DNA of 64,000 bases, taken from assembly GCA_950097015.1 (NCBI GenBank), contig CATNEN010000002.1:4526001-4590000 (forward strand), given 5' to 3'. Under the pieces are notes generated by a model. It was not told the origin of the DNA. It searched no databases and worked only from the letters and a program-made list of their open reading frames with translations. Below, one piece after another: positions 63,236 to 64,000 of this stretch; the first letter of the stretch is position 1, and each line of letters begins with the position of its first letter. Source of the DNA: Macrostomum hystrix. Taxonomy: Eukaryota > Animalia > Platyhelminthes. Position numbers and translations under genes: made by a program.

Positions 63236-64000
63236 TAGCCTCATTGTGTCACTCCTGTTATAGCTCATTGTGTCACTCCTGTTATAGCTCATTGTGTCAC
63301 TCCTGTTATAGCTCATTGTGTCACTCCTGTTATAGTCCATTGTGTCACTCCTGTTATAGCTCATTGTGTCACTCCTGTTATAGCTCATTGTGTCACTCCT
63401 GTTATAGCTCATTGTGTCACTCCTGTTATAGCTCATTGTGTCACTCCTGTTATAGCTCATTGTGTCACTCCTGTTATAGCTCATTGTGTCACTCCTGTTA
63501 TAGCCCATTGTGTCACTCCTGTTATAGCCCATTGTGTCACTCCTGTTATAGCTCATTGTGTCACTCCTGTTATAGCTCATTGTGTCACTCCTGTTATAGC
63601 TCATTGTGTCACTCCTGTTATAGCTAATAGTGTCACTCCTGTTATAGCCCATTGTGTCACTCCTGTTATAGCTCATTGTGTCACTCCTGTTATAGCTCAT
63701 TGTGTCACTCCTGTTATAGCTCATTGTGTCACTCCTGTTATAGCCCATTGTGTCACTCCTGTTATAGCTCATTGTGTCACTCCTGTTATAGCTCATTGTG
63801 TCACTCCTGTTATAGCTCATTGTGTCACTCCTGTTATAGCCCATTGTGTCACTCCTGTTATAGTCCATTGTGTCACTCCTGTTATAGCCCATTGTGTCAC
63901 TCCTGTTATAGCTCATTGTGTCACTCCTGTTATAGCTCATTGTGTCACTCCTGTTATAGCTCATTGTGTCACTCCTGATATAGCTTATTGTGTCACTCCT
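63236..64000. repeat. 24-bp tandem repeat (CTCATTGTGTCACTCCTGTTATAG) in a REV1 intron, runs off the window end
   Basis: About 31 near-identical units. Confidence 0.97.

Noticed and set aside
37180-63978. Repeat-derived ORFs at 37180, 42001, 42867, 45342, 48232, 50420, 51087, 52671 and 63044
   Set aside because: Each has the periodicity of the underlying minisatellite and no domain signature.
9628-64000. Tandem arrays as CRISPR arrays
   Set aside because: Units are contiguous with no unique spacers, there are no cas genes, and the context is eukaryotic.

Overview
Eukaryotic (metazoan, probably lophotrochozoan; by inference a flatworm such as Macrostomum) genomic DNA with intron-split genes and many intronic minisatellites. 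I assembled the gene models by hand from GT-AG junctions with consistent phase. In order: an unknown 410-aa two-TM protein (minus strand, 723-6167); a nicotinic acetylcholine receptor alpha subunit (9428-18781); a weakly supported minus-strand gene (about 19.3-21.5 kb); FANCM (26624-34497, no C-terminal ERCC4 domain seen); a transglutaminase with intact Cys-His-Asp triad (36418-45280); an E74/ELF-type ETS factor with two alternative N-termini (55767/57480-59541); and the 3' end of REV1 (minus, two UBMs plus the C-terminal domain). Mobile DNA includes a decayed RNase H-containing LINE fused to an unrelated element, a tRNA/CORE-like SINE family, an unclassified TIR element with probable TTAA target sites (one copy splits a SINE), a non-autonomous Helitron carrying a PIF1 helicase fragment, and a nested hAT MITE with an 8-bp TSD. 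The most unusual observation is a 17-bp tandem array that has amplified the nAChR exon-5 splice donor 16 times. No CRISPR, rRNA or true tRNA gene was found. Repeat-array ends are approximate.
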